Source: Chiloscyllium plagiosum
Lineage: Eukaryota
DNA length: 64,000 nucleotides
NCBI RefSeq assembly: GCF_004010195.1
Contig: NC_057751.1
Coordinates: forward strand, 9,367,611-9,431,610
Reading direction: 5' to 3'
In this document: positions 1-12,649 of the stretch, one piece after another
Layout of the letters: each line of letters opens with the position of its first letter
How positions within the stretch are numbered: the first letter of the stretch is position 1
Notes under the pieces: generated by a model
The model's input: the letters and a program-made list of their open reading frames with translations, nothing else
Databases searched by the model: none
Told to the model about the DNA's origin: nothing
Program-made: the position numbers and the translations under genes

Positions 1-1440
1 ACTGATGCCAAATACTTGTCTAGCATCTCTCCCATCTCCTGCAGTTCCACACATAGGACCCTTTAAACATCAGCAAGGCATCCTATGCTTTCCCTAGGAC
101 CCATGAAAAAAAAATGCCTTTCGATTCTCCTTAACCCTATTTGCCCAAGGTATGAACCCTTTTGCCCTCCAGATTTCCCTACAGCCTTTATACCTCATCA
201 AGGGATTCACTCCATCTCTGCTGTCTGTATCTGGCAGATGCTTCCTTTTTTGTCCCCCCACCAAAACTTCAATTTCCTCTAATCACCCACCATTCACTAC
301 ATCTCCCAGCCTTGCCTTCCATCTTAACAGGTACGTAGTGTCTCTTGATTCTGGTTCTCACATTTTTGAACGCTTCTCATTTTCCAGCCATCACATGACC
401 TGCAAATATCCGCCCCTCTTGAACTTTTGAAAGTTCTTCCTTAATACTGTCAAAATTGGCATTCACCCAATTTAGAACTTTGACTTTTAGATCCAGTCTA
501 TCCTTTTCCACCACTATTTTAAAACCAATACAATTATTGTCGCGGGCCCAAAGTGCTCCCTCACTGACACCTCAGTCACCTGCCTGCCTTTTTCCTCCTG
601 CCTTATTTCCTAAGGGTAAGTCACATTTTGCACCTTCTCCAGTAGGTACATTAACATCCTGAATCAGAAATTTTTCTATGTAGACTGAAAAAAATTCTCT
701 CCATCTGAACCCTTTACACTTTGACAGTCCTAACTTGGTCTCGGCTTTGTTCCTGTCTGCCCTGAGTGTTTGCCTCACTCCTTTTCCCAACTTTACCAGT
801 TTTAGCCTGATCTCTTTCCTCTATATCTCCCTGGGTCCCACCCCACCAGCTTAATAGGTTGAATCCTCCCAAGCAAATTTCTCTGCTGGTATGTTCGTTC
901 CCTTCCAATTTAGGTACAATCTATCCTTCTTGTAGGCCAGTTCAACTCCAGAAAAAATTCCAATGATCCAAAATGACAACCCATCTCCCCGCACCAACTC
1001 CTCAACAACACATTCATCTGCTTTATCCTCCTATTCCTACACCCAGCAGCTCATATCAGCAGTAATCCAGACATTACTAGTCAAGGATCTCCTTTTTGAA
1101 TTCCTGCCTAACTTCCTATATTCTCCCTTCAGAATCTCAACTGTTTGCCTTTCCATATCGTTAGTTTCAATGTGTATAACGACCTCCTGCTGGTCACACT
1201 CCCTTCTGAAAGCATTCTGCACCACCTCGGAGATATCCTTGATCCCGGCACCAAGGAGGCAACACACCATTTTGATTTCCACTATCGGCCGCAGAAACAA
1301 GTGTCTGTGCCTCTGACCAGAGAATCCCCAAATACAATCCATCACTTGGATCCTGACATACTCTTCATTATACGAGAGCCAGTCTTGGTACCAAAAACTT
1401 GGCTGTCCATGATACATTCCCCTGAGAGTCAATCACACCC
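1..1440 (-). mobile_element. Degenerate CR1/HER1-type LINE, 5' part (ORF1 esterase region and ORF2 endonuclease region)
   Basis: ORF 1037..1432 contains VVIHIETNDMERQTVEILKGEYRKLGR, typical of the CR1 ORF1 SGNH-esterase; frames are broken; boundaries approximate. Confidence 0.75.
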
Positions 1441-1876
1441 TACATTTCAACTTGGCCCATTTAGTTTACTGACAGTGTCAACATAGGAATGGTCCATGAA
1501 ATAAAAGGCAACACAATCCCCATTGACTGATTTTCTGATTCAGTAAATTGCACAAGATGATGCAAAATTAGAAACAGTGTAGGCAAGATGATGCAGAGTA
1601 TCTTGAGTGTTGTATCCCTGGCTTGTGTGTTGGCTGTTGGCTCAATTTGCATTCAAGAGGCAAATGGATCAATGTGCAGCACAGACAAATTTCCAGTTGA
1701 ACAGCTTAACGCTTTGTCCACATAATCTCTGATTGATTTATGGGGTCTGATAGAGTTTTTACAGAGTATTTTCTCATCATTAGCTCAAGAATATCAACAA
1801 ATTAGATGCTCTTTATCATTGCTTGCAGAATGCTCTTTGTACATGAGCACATCAATTTACTTAGTTACTCGGTAGC

Positions 1877-1918
1877 TTAGAACTTTGTTTCAACTTGAAT
1901 GCAGCTGCTCGAATTTCT
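1877..1918 (-). CDS. CDCA2: Candidate terminal coding exon of the CDCA2-like gene (RNSSSCIQVETKF*)
   Basis: Acceptor tattttgtcttcag, phase 0 matches the preceding exon; the true last exon could lie outside the window. Confidence 0.35.
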   Translation of the reverse strand, partial: RNSSSCIQVETKF

Positions 1919-2133
1919 CTGAAGACAAAATACCGAATACTCGATTGACAGAATAGCAGCAAAAAAATTGGACTTAACATAATTGATCAAAGAAAACATT
2001 ACCTCAACTTAGGCAGCACAAGGGTTAACAACTAAGCTACATTCCATGTGCTTGGCTCACAAAAATTCCTAACTTGACAATTGATCAATAAGCTCATCTT
2101 AACTCTTCTCAATATAAACAGAATTTTGCATAC

Positions 2134-2858
2134 CATCGTGGAATTCTTTGAAGTGGTGTTAATCTTGTTCTTCATCCGAGAAGATCTGCGGGGTTCCTCA
2201 ATTTTGGGCTTTTCTGACAGGTATTCAAGTTGGACCTCTTGCTTAAATTTTGGGCTTACCTCCACACTTAAGCAGAGAGATGGCACTGAAAACATATTAA
2301 GACACACTGCATCAGTAGTGACATTCTGAATCCCCAGGCACGCACCTTCACCACAAGACCAGTTTTGCTCCCGTTCATTGGTAGATTCTTGAATGGACAC
2401 ATCGGTGATCTGAAGGTCACCATTTTCGTACTTTTCATCAAGTATACAAGTCACTTGTTGCACATCAGGCTGAACAGAGGATGCTGCTTTAATTCCACAA
2501 GACCCCAAGTCACTAATTGTACGAGAACACTTTGACTCATCCATTACCCTTGACAATTTTGACTCATTCACAGAATTGGTTTTCTTTCCACTAAGCACAT
2601 TTCGGCAAATGACATTGTTATCCCCAACTTGATTCTCTTTGCTATTGTGCTTCGATGAATGATCCACTACAACTTCTTTCACTTCTTCAACATTCATTTC
2701 CAAAACATCACAAGGATATTCATCATTTTTCATGGGCTTCTTCTGAAGGTTTACATTGCGTTCTGACATCGGAGACGACAGTTCAAGGTTGTTGGGTGCT
2801 GAACAATCTCTCTCTTCATTACCAAGCTTAGTTTCAGCAGTTCCATTTTCCATGTAAT
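2134..2858 (-). CDS. CDCA2: CDCA2-like large exon (725 bp, disordered Ser/Glu/Lys/Asn-rich region)
   Basis: Within the 300-aa ORF 2032..2934; acceptor tttttatgtag, donor ATG|gtatgc; phase 1 to 0. Confidence 0.75.
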
Positions 2859-3179
2859 CTACATAAAAACAAAATGTGAACGATTGACAAGTAATTTTCA
2901 TGCAAATTTCCCCCTTAGTTATGACTGCCCACATGGCTCACAATCAAGCCTGGAGATGAAGTGCACAATAAATATCAGCAAGTCATTCGATCTTGAATCA
3001 AGTCACAGTTCAGCACGAACTTACCTCACTTCTGGTCATGAACTCACCAGATATCAATGAACAATGAATTACTCCCAAATTCAGTGCTCTTCAAATCACT
3101 TATCAAAACTCAACCAATGCCATGGCTGAACTGAAGTGAATCCTCCATGACACAGTGTAGCTGCAAAAGTAGGTCAGAG

Positions 3180-3700
3180 GCTAAAAAACCTGCAGCAAAC
3201 AAGGTTCTCACTCCTGAAAGCCTCTCCATTATTTGCAAGGTACACATCAGGAAGGTGCTGAAATAATCTCCATTTGCCTGAATGGGTCCAGGTACATCAC
3301 CTGAAGAAGCTTGACACCAGGCAGAACAGCCTGCTTGAACGGCACAACACAAACACTTCCAACACCCCACCGTACCTCAGCAACGCTAAGTCCCACGTAC
3401 AAAATACACCACAGCAATTCACCAAACATCCTGCCTCACATAGCACATTCCAAATTCACGCCCATTACCACACAAAGACAAAGCAGCAAATACATGGGAA
3501 GATCTCCACCCCAATTTATGATTCAAACTACTCACCATCCACCTTGAAACCCATCCCTCCTCTTCCACTATCACTGGTTTAAAATCCTCCAACTCCCTCC
3601 CTCACAGAATTGCAAGCCCACCGACACCAAACAGACTGCAACAGTTCACATATGGACATTAAGTGCTGGTCTGGCCAGTGATGCCCACACCCAATCACAA
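3180..3700 (+). mobile_element. Ancient LINE 3' end (CR1/L2-like RT C-terminus and tail)
   Basis: Decayed coding for a ...SPFAWM...LKKLDT... segment, then tail ctggccagtgatgcccacaccc; family naming tentative. Confidence 0.5.
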
Positions 3701-5267
3701 AAAGAAAAAGGGCTTATATGCACTTATACCATGCTATGTGGTCCAAACTAAATGAAAAGGTACAAGACAAAAAACACAATTTTATTCCATTATTGTCATT
3801 TGCAGCTCTCTGACGACAAAAATTTCACTCCAGACATGGAAAAAAATTCAATTTCTGCTTATTTAAAAACAGATCATCCGAATTAATTTGTAGTTTCGTT
3901 ATGTGCAAAGATCAAGCAGGATAGTTAAAAGTAATGCACTATGATACCTTACTTAATCGCAGTCAAATTTGTTGTTATCGCCAATTGTTGTTTCCACATC
4001 ACTTTTGTTTCTGTGAAATAGGAACAGAATCTTCACTTTAAGGGCAAAGTACTCCATTTACCTGCAGACCATTGCTCTGACACAAGAGATGGTTGAACAA
4101 AACCATGTCTGAAACTGGATTGAAGGGTCACTTCCCATGATCCAAGACTCAAAGAGAGGAGGGGGGGGGGGGGAAAATAGCTGCCACGTTTAGATCATTC
4201 GGCCCATCATCGACCAAATTAATTGTGTTTCTATACTTACCATGTTGAAAAGCAGATTTTTAATTTTTAATTAATATATCAAGTCAATGAACTGCTTTGG
4301 GTCTCTGAGAATTCAGAACTTCCCAATTACTAAGATGCAACTGACTTTGTACACCTTGCTACCTCATGTTTACACAATGATACACTGGGTTGATCTTTTC
4401 CTAAGTTTTAAGACCCACATGCCTCTTCATAGTATTTGTTTGTATGAACTTGTACTAAACACCAACAATCTTGACAAAAATACAGAGCTGCCAAACAAAA
4501 TACACCAATACGCACCACCTTCTTCAAATTCTACACGATATGCAATATTTATTTTGTAACACCCATCTGGCAATTGACACCATGAGCCCACAGGTTTATG
4601 AGTGGAATTTGACATCACAAACTCTTCTCAAACACTGGAAATGTAAAAATCATCATAAAGATAACCTGTTCTATAGGTGCAACGTCAGAGAATTCGAAAC
4701 AAAATAACCTAAAGACACTGTATAACAGACACCTTCGAAGAACCTGTCAAGAGCAAACCGGGAATAATATCTATACGTGACTGCCATCTTTCAGAAATCA
4801 GAGGTGGATGATGCACTACCTCAACCAGAAACTAAACCAGGAACAACACCAACTACAAGTAGTCAGGGTTGAAATCAGTCTTTTCAATCCACTCTGTCAT
4901 AATAAACATTGAAAAAGGTCTCAGAGAATGAAGAATCTCAGGTTGCAACAAATCAGCACATGAACTGGAGGTCAGAACTCCACAGACTTTTTAAACCACA
5001 AGGAAAATCCACCCCCACCAAGTCTCGTTTAATAAATAATTGCACCACATACCACAGTGGTGAGCAACACAGACCAGATTTCACTTGTTCTGTAACTGTT
5101 TCAAATTTCAAACTTATGTGGGTCAGGAACATCTGGGATACTACAAATGATCTACATCTACACAGTTTGTTGTTCTTGCTCCAGTGACCCCTACTGAACA
5201 GTCATGAATTTTAAACATCCATTTGATGATATTTCAAGGTCACTTTTATTGCCTTCATCTGACTTAC

Positions 5268-5358
5268 CTGTTAATTTTGGCACCAATTTCAGTGATGCGT
5301 CGTTGCATTTTTCGTGAACAGCAGGGCTGCTATTGTCAGCCATCTTACTGACCAGGTT
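5268..5358 (-). CDS. CDCA2: CDCA2-like exon (NLVSKMADNSSPAVHEKCNDASLKLVPKLT)
   Basis: Acceptor ctatttgttag, donor CAG|gtaagt; phase 0 to 1 bridges both neighbours. Confidence 0.65.
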
Positions 5359-5862
5359 CTAACAAATAGAGTTCAAAGTGGAAGCATTACATTGTTGCAT
5401 CTTTTTAATTAGTTGAGACTATCACAAGCATTTATCAAAAATCTGGATACCTGCATTATATTTACAATCTATCTAGGTCAATAAAAAGTAAGGTTGAAAG
5501 CATGAGCAGTAGTGTTTAACTTCAAAACAACAACCACGAGATGAAACACTCGAACACTGGTTCAATTGAATTGCAGCAAATTTGTGGATAACAGATCGAA
5601 TGTGAAACCAAAACCCAGTATGTCCCTTTCCATGGCAATATTTGATGACCCCCCCCAAAATGAAAATGTAATATCTCACCAGAAAGCTTTCAACTCAAAT
5701 CACAAACATGAGTTTCTCAAGAAGTATTTCTAAACTTAAACCAAAACATGACAAACATTTGAACACAAACATATTACAGTAAAATCATACTCTGCAAGGA
5801 GTTACAGTGGTAGCAGTCATGCAGACCAGTTTTATCCACCAGCAAAAACAGTACATAGTAAC

Positions 5863-6570
5863 TGTTGTGGTTCTGTTCGCCGAGCTGGAAATTTTTGTTG
5901 CAAACGTTCCGTCCCCTGTCTAGGTGACATCCTCAGTGCTTGGGAGCCTCCTGTGAAGCTTCCTCCGGCATTTATAGTGGCCTGTCCCTGCCGCTTCCCG
6001 GTTGTCAGTTTCAGCTGTCTGCTGTCGTGGCCGGTCTTTTGGGTCCAGGTCGATGTTTTTGTTGATGGAGTTTGTGGATAAGTGCCATGCTTCTAGGAAT
6101 TCCCTGGCTGTTCTTTGTTTGGCTTGCCCTATAATGGTAGTGTTGTCCCAGTCAAATTCATGTTGCTTGTCGTCTGCGTCTACCAAGGATGTTGCTAGGG
6201 TTGGAGGATTTGAGCTAGAAGGAGAGGCTGAATAGTCTGGGGCTGTTTTCCCTGGAGCATCAGAGGCTGAGGGGTGACCTTACAGAGTTTTATAAAATGT
6301 ACATCGACAAACTCCATCAACAAACACATTGACCTGGACCCAATATCCCGGCCACGACAGCGGACAGCTGAAACTGACAACCGGAAGCGGCAGGGACAGG
6401 CCACTATAAATGCCGGAGGAAACACCACAGAAGCGCTTCATAGGAGGCTCCCAAGCGCTGAGGATGTCACCTAGACAGGGGACGAAACGTTTGCAACAAA
6501 AATTTCCAGCTCGGCGAACAGAACCACAACAACGAGCATCTGAGCTACAAATATCTTCTCCCAAACTTTG
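5863..6570. mobile_element. Penelope-like element insertion: inverted pLTR pair around a CR1 fragment
   Basis: GIY-YIG C-terminus HEFDWDNTTIIGQAKQRTAREFLEAWH; arms 5863-6181 (-) and ~6299-6570 (+); exact 13-bp TSD agtacatagtaac at 5850-5862 and 6571-6583. Confidence 0.88.
6455..6494 (+). ncRNA. Minimal type I hammerhead ribozyme motif (Penelope pLTR)
   Basis: gcg-CTGAGGA-t-GTCacctagacagggGAC-GAAA-c-GTT-tgc. Confidence 0.7.
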
Positions 6571-7090
6571 AGTACATAGTAACCTCTTGCAGCCAATTGT
6601 TGCTGGTCACCACCGTCATCTTCCTACCGGTCAGCTGACTGTACATTTTCATCTGTCAGGAAACAAAGAACTTCCTTCACGTCACTCAACTTTTCCTTTG
6701 GTGATTTTTTGCCAGTTTCTTTTATTGTATTTCTGATTAATGAAGTACTTGAGTGTATTTTTTTATTATTATTAACTGGACTGAACTTCACTGCCATCTA
6801 CCTGCTTTGTGGGCTTTCAGATTTAGCAAGCCCTACTTTGAATTAACCTACCTCATTAAAATTCCCCACCAAGAGCTCTTTTCCCCTTCACTTTCACTAC
6901 TTCACATTGTTCCCACAGCATGTGGTATGATCTGTTTTTACTTAAACATGTAAATCATACACACTTCAAAATATGCTCTCATTTCAGATGAACTTCGCAG
7001 TTTGCCACTCTGGTTGCACAACAAAACTTCAAACCCTACAAACTTAATCTCTCAACTTAAACAGGCCCTCGTCAACCAACAGAAATTTAC

Positions 7091-7326
7091 CATTCGCGCT
7101 CCCAAACCGAATTGGACCAATGACACTTGCTTCTGAGCAGAAAGAGGACCTTCCCTTGACAACATCTTCTGACACATGAACGTTTCTCCCGCACGCAAAG
7201 GAGTGTTGGATAGGAGCCTTTTGTCAAACACTTCAGGACTCAGTTCTCCAAAAGTCACCTTTTTCTTCAGTGGTGGTTTACTTCCACTCAAGGAGAGGAT
7301 ATCACGTTGTTCTGAACAAGTTGGAC
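7091..7326 (-). CDS. CDCA2: CDCA2-like exon with the PP1-binding domain (RVxF and Ki-67/Repo-Man SLiM)
   Basis: KKKVTFGELSPEVFDKRLLSNTPLRAGETF; acceptor tttgtatttcag, donor ATG|gtaaat. Confidence 0.88.
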
Positions 7327-7679
7327 CTGAAATACAAAAATCTTTTTTTTGGGTGGATTTATGTAATCTTATTAACTGCTCACATAAAACTAAAATTTCA
7401 CTGGAAATGCAATGATGCCTTTCTCTTACAAAAAGTAATGACACCGACTCAAGATCACCAAACTAAAAACCAATCACTTGTCTCCCCTGTTGCCTGCTGA
7501 ACATCAACACTGTTTTAATGTTTATAAACCATTGTTGAATAACAGATTACTTGGTCCTTTTCATGATTAAGAATAACTTGTCCAATACATTGGCTACACC
7601 TTCAACCCAAATTAACACTGCTCTATGAAACATGCCTTTTGATTGATACAAATTTAATACAGCCTCCACTGCAAAACAT

Positions 7680-8440
7680 GACCTCGGAATGCAATGGGAC
7701 GTTTTCAAAGAGGGAACAAGATAATGGAGTACTCAATGCAGGCTAAGTCACAAGAAAGCTCAGAGGAATAGAGGGGATCTTGGGATGCTTGTCCACAAAT
7801 CACTGAAAGAGTGATAGTATTGGTTAATATAGTACTTATTGCATTACATGGGACACTTGTCTTCATCAGTCATTTCGTAGGCTATGAGAGCATTAAGATC
7901 ATGCTGGAGTTTCACTTAACTTTGGTTAGACTACAGCTGGTTTACTGTATGCAATTTTGGTCACCATACAAATCGGAGGGGATGCAAAGAAGATTCACCA
8001 GGACGTTGCCTGCAATGCAGCGTTTCAGTTATCAAGACTGACTGGATTGGGTTGGGTTACTTCCCTTGGAACAGCTAACGGAGAGAGGGGCAGCTCATAA
8101 AAGGTGCATTAGATTATTGAAGGCACAGAGTGTATAGAAAGCAATTTTCATCCAAGGCTTAATAACAGGGAGCATAATTTTCACGAAAAAGGCAGGACGT
8201 TTGGAGGCAATTTGGGGAAAACCTCTTCTCACCCAGGAGGGTGAGAGGACCCAGGAATGCACTGCCTGGAGTAGCTGAGACAGGAAACCTTACAAACTTT
8301 TAAAGAAATACTTGCATGAACTCAAAATGTCATAAGACCAGGCTATGGGCTTCGTGTTCAAACATGAGACTCGTAGGTTGTTGGACATTTTTAGTGGTGC
8401 AGACTTCATGGACCTCTTCTGTAACTGAATGATTCTATGA
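7680..8440 (+). mobile_element. Degenerate CR1 LINE 3' fragment
   Basis: LVRLQLVYCMQFWSPY...MQRRFTRTLP, the CR1 ORF2 C-terminus. Confidence 0.75.
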
Positions 8441-9821
8441 CATTGCTAGTTTGTTTTTTGTTTGTGGGATGGTTCAATTCAAATCAAGAATGAAGTCCTC
8501 TGACATTCAGGTCAGAAACTGATCTCAGTAAATGATAATGTATAAGCAGATGATTAAGAAAACAAAACATGAAAACCATATCCTGCAAGAGTGAAACTTG
8601 TCAGCTTCAAAGTGAAATTATTTTGTAAAATAGTTGTAATTTAACACTTCTGGTACATGTTAACAGCTCAGTCAAGAAAATTAATTGTACTCTTCAAAAA
8701 ACAAGACTGAAGTCGCAAGAAACCAATTTCTACGAGATCTATTTTTACTGCAAAAGAATCAACCAAACAAACATAAACAGAAAATATATAACCTACAGTT
8801 TAACATCTAGAATTGACATGAATAAACAGGCAAATTACAGTTGAATGTAAACCTCAAATTGCAACTTCAATTGCCAGAGCAGATTAGACAGGTCATACAG
8901 GCTGATTCCAATTGCATCCAGTTACATTTTGTCATCTTACAGAGTCCAAGTTCTTCAAAACTTGGTCTCCTGCTAACTTCAGCAAATCTGTTCACATTTG
9001 CTTTTATGTTAAATTTCGACCAACCAACATGTCTATTCCATTGAAATTGAGTGTAGCGCATACAATATATTTGACAGACTACCTGTTCAGTTTCCATTTA
9101 TAAAAAGATCTGCCAAAGCAGAGTGCCAAAGGCATAATCTAAAACACAAATGACTGCACAGCCTGCTTAACTTTACCGGCATGCAGTATGGAGTTTGACA
9201 GCCTTCTTCAGCTTCCAATGGACACATCAGCTGCTCGCATCCAGCTTGGTCTGATCAACATTTTTGTTGTAATTATGGACAGGATCAGTTATTCCTCAAA
9301 TTTTGGTTTACCAACCTCAGCTGGTTTCAAAGACAAGAGGGTCAGTTTCATTGCTGTTTACATGGTCTGTTTCTCTTTGCAATTCAGCTTCTGTTTGGTT
9401 TTGCATTGGCCTCAAAAAAATGAAAGTTAAATTTGAAAACTCAAATTTCCTCTGCAAGGGAAAAGGTTGTGACATTCAGGTCAATGATTGCTCAGGGAAT
9501 GGTGGCAATGGTGAATTTGGGTGCCAGACTCTTTGCTGTTCATTTCACATTTGCACAGACAATGCATAGTGAAAGTTTTCTCTGCCTCACTCAGATGTGT
9601 TGAGATCAACAATACTCAATGTGCCATACATACAACTCAACAGTAAAGCATAATCCAAAACATAACCCTCACTTGGTTTATCTTTATGCATCAGTCCTCC
9701 AGCTAAATAAGACAGCAGCCAACATGACTATGTTATTTCCACATCATCCAAGCCTTCATTCAGACCAACACAACATTCATTGGAAACTATGCTTAGGTCA
9801 TGGTATGAATTCCATACCTAC

Positions 9822-9942
9822 CATTATGCTGTACAGCAGAGGGATCTGGGGTGGATATACTCCTCTCATCATGTTCTGAATTTTGAAACACATCCACAAA
9901 TCCAGTCATCTTGCTCTTCAGCATCGCACCTTTATGGGATTC
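9822..9942 (-). CDS. CDCA2: CDCA2-like exon (ESHKGAMLKSKMTGFVDVFQNSEHDERS...)
   Basis: Acceptor tttttaatag, donor G|gtaggt; phase 0 to 1; resembles human LRERISAFQSAFHSIKENE. Confidence 0.7.
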
Positions 9943-10029
9943 CTATTAAAAAATACAGGTATTCCATGAGTTATGGATGTTTGTCAGGTTAATGAAAATG
10001 TTAAGGTCATTAAAAGTAGACAACATGCA

Positions 10030-10362
10030 TGTATTGGACAACGTTCCCATGAATGTTTATATCTGGAAAAGAGTATATCAGCTGGAAAAGTCTCCAGTTC
10101 GGTGAGTCTGCTCCGGGGTTACGTTTAACCGCCGAGCGTGGGTTGTTGGCAACCGCTCTACGAGAACTGACGGCTCCCAGTTCCGGTTACATGTAGAGTG
10201 AGTATAAGCCAGACCCGTTGTTTGGACCTGGTTGTGGCGACGCTGCGGGGAATAAAATGCCCATAAAATGCCCATATTCTAGCAGACTCGCCTCTTGGTC
10301 GTTTGTTCTGTGTCAGACTACTCTCCTACGAACCTGACCTTGAGAATTTTTTAAAACAACAA
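10030..10362 (+). mobile_element. Young CpG-rich interspersed repeat (solo-LTR-like or retroposon 3' end); left boundary uncertain
   Basis: CpG-rich island in an AT-rich intron; TATAAG 10203, AATAAA 10251; bases 10295-10360 recur identically at 43316-43381. Confidence 0.55.
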
Positions 10363-10965
10363 CCAAGTATCACAAGTTATTGATTCTGTTTACTGTTAGA
10401 ATGTAATCAAGACTAGTCAGTTTCACTTGCATCGTGAAACCTTTTTCAGGATTGATTTTGGAGTTGCATGCAAAAAAAAAGGAGGGTTGATTCAACATGG
10501 ATTTCGAAAAGGTGAAATTATGTTTTAACTCGACTGCTGGCGACTTTTGAAGATGGAACAGAAAAGCTTGATATGTGCAACATTTATCTTGTATAGTCTT
10601 CTCGAAGGCGTTTTGCACAACATGGGGTAGGGGAGCTTTCAATTCCACAACATGGAACAACCATGCCATAATGAACACAAGGTTAATAATTTCACTCCAT
10701 GCTTAAATGCATATTACCATTTCAACCATTAAAACTGAGCAAAGCAGCACATTTTACCCCATCAACATCTATTGCAGTCAAGTTATCCCAGAGGTCAACT
10801 GCAACACCAAACCATTTTAGCAACGAAATTCTGTTCTACCCTGGTCAGTTAAACAAGTAGAGGCTACTGTTTAAAAATGTTCTCGGGTACATTTTATCTG
10901 TCAAACATTCAGGACAAACACAATTGTCAAGATACATTGCGTCATTTCAGCAGTATCAGTTATAC

Positions 10966-11084
10966 CTGTAACTGCATTCTCCGTTTGGCAATGTAGCAGA
11001 TAAGACTATTGGTCTCTGGAGATCCTCTGGCTCCAACAGAAGATGTGCGCCGAGAAAACCGCTTTCTCTCTGCTAAAAACGTCT
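10966..11084 (-). CDS. CDCA2: CDCA2-like exon (RRTSSVGARGSPETNSLICYIAKRR)
   Basis: Matches the CDCA2 motif RRRSAVGARGSPETNHLIRFIA; acceptor tattccag, donor CAG|gtataa. Confidence 0.88.
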
Positions 11085-11182
11085 CTGGAATACAGGTTTA
11101 ATGCAATTTTAAAGATATGTCATATATCTCAGACAGCTAAAGGCAAAATCACTAACATAACTGGCACAGAAATTAAGGTCAG

Positions 11183-11578
11183 AAGTTGAGGGGTGACCTT
11201 ATAGAGGTTTATAAAACAGTGAGGGACACGGATAGGGTGAATAGCAAAGATCTTGTCCCAAAGAGTAGGGGAGTCTGAAACTAGAGAGAATACGTTTAAG
11301 GTGAGAGGGGAAAGATTTGCAAAGAGACCCAAGGGGCAATTTGTTTTCACAGAGGATGATGCATGTATGGAATAAGCTGCCTGAAGAGGTTGTGGAGGTG
11401 GGTACAATTACAACAGCACTTAAAAGACACCCGGATAGGTGTACCAATAGGAAGGATTTAGAGGGATATGGGCCAAATGCTGGCAAAAGGAAACTAGATT
11501 AATTTAGGATATCAGTCAGCATGGACAAGTTGGACCAAAGAGTCAGTTTCCATGCTGTGCAGCTCTCGGATTCAATGA
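11183..11578 (+). mobile_element. CR1/HER1 LINE 3' end
   Basis: RGDLIEVYK...NLFSQRMMHVWNKLPEEVVE plus HER1-type 3' tail. Confidence 0.8.
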
Positions 11579-12649
11579 TTGCCAAAGCTCAATTATTCAA
11601 TTGCCACTTAGTGACCAGCCTTCTTTGCTCCACCATCTGATGGGCATTGTCTCGAGGAAAAAAGGAAATGAAAGCCTTTTGCCTCAGATTTGCTGCTATT
11701 ATCCTGTCCTAATATCAAGCCTGTTTTGCATGGGGAAAAGGTATGGCCAATTTACATTTCCTTTCGTTTCATCTGTAAAAGCCATAATCTGACCGAGTTC
11801 TTTGCAAATCAAAACAACATAGAATCAAAGAAAAACACTAAAACATTGACTTGCCTTTCTTTGTAGTCTTAAAAAACTCTTAATCTTCACATCATCATGC
11901 AATTCTCTTTTGAAAAGGTCAAATTCAGGTATTGACACTGGTTGTGAAAGAAAATGCTTTTCTTCACATTGATTCAGCTATTTTGCCCCTTAGTTCAAGT
12001 TTTGTCTTTTCTGGTTCTTCAGCATTCCAGGATGGAGAACAATTTCTCTCTGTCCACACTTCTCCAAGCTTTTAAACACAGCTCAATCAGAATAGTTCAG
12101 TGCCTCTTATAGAGGGCTGATGCAGATGTCATGATTTTATTAACTACATTCTGTTTTGTAACCATGATGATTGTGCCTGATTTGCTGTCATATTTCCTAG
12201 TGGAAATAGTTATAGTTACTGAGCTCAAATTTCTTTACAAGTGTTTTTTATATTGCATTATTTTGCAAACCACTCCATCAGATGACTTTTCCTCTTAACT
12301 TAAACAAAGGCAATTAGAATCGGCTAAAGTAGACTAGGCAGATAGATTAGCATGAAGTAAGCATTTACCAAGCAGACATTTCAGGGAATTAATGACTTGC
12401 AGCAAAATTATATCCCATTACGGAGGTAAGATTTTATGATAAGGATAAACCAATCATGGCTAACCAAAATAGTCAGACTATTAAATTTAAAGAAAAAGTC
12501 TATAAGGAGGAAAACGTCAGTGATGGTGCTGAACAATGATACAAAAACCAAAAGGAGAAGATTAAAGAAGCTACAAAAACAAACAAAGGAGGAATACAAT
12601 AAGTAACAACAAGACCTTCATTCAAAGATACAAAAAAGAAAACTGTGCT

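Noticed and set aside
7091-7326. MKI67 (Ki-67) as the gene identity
   Set aside because: No FHA domain or Ki-67 repeats seen; the GARGSPETN and QLGVT motifs are CDCA2-type
10370-10678. 102-aa ORF as a CDCA2 exon
   Set aside because: Acceptor phase is incompatible; exon 9942-9822 fits both phase and motif better
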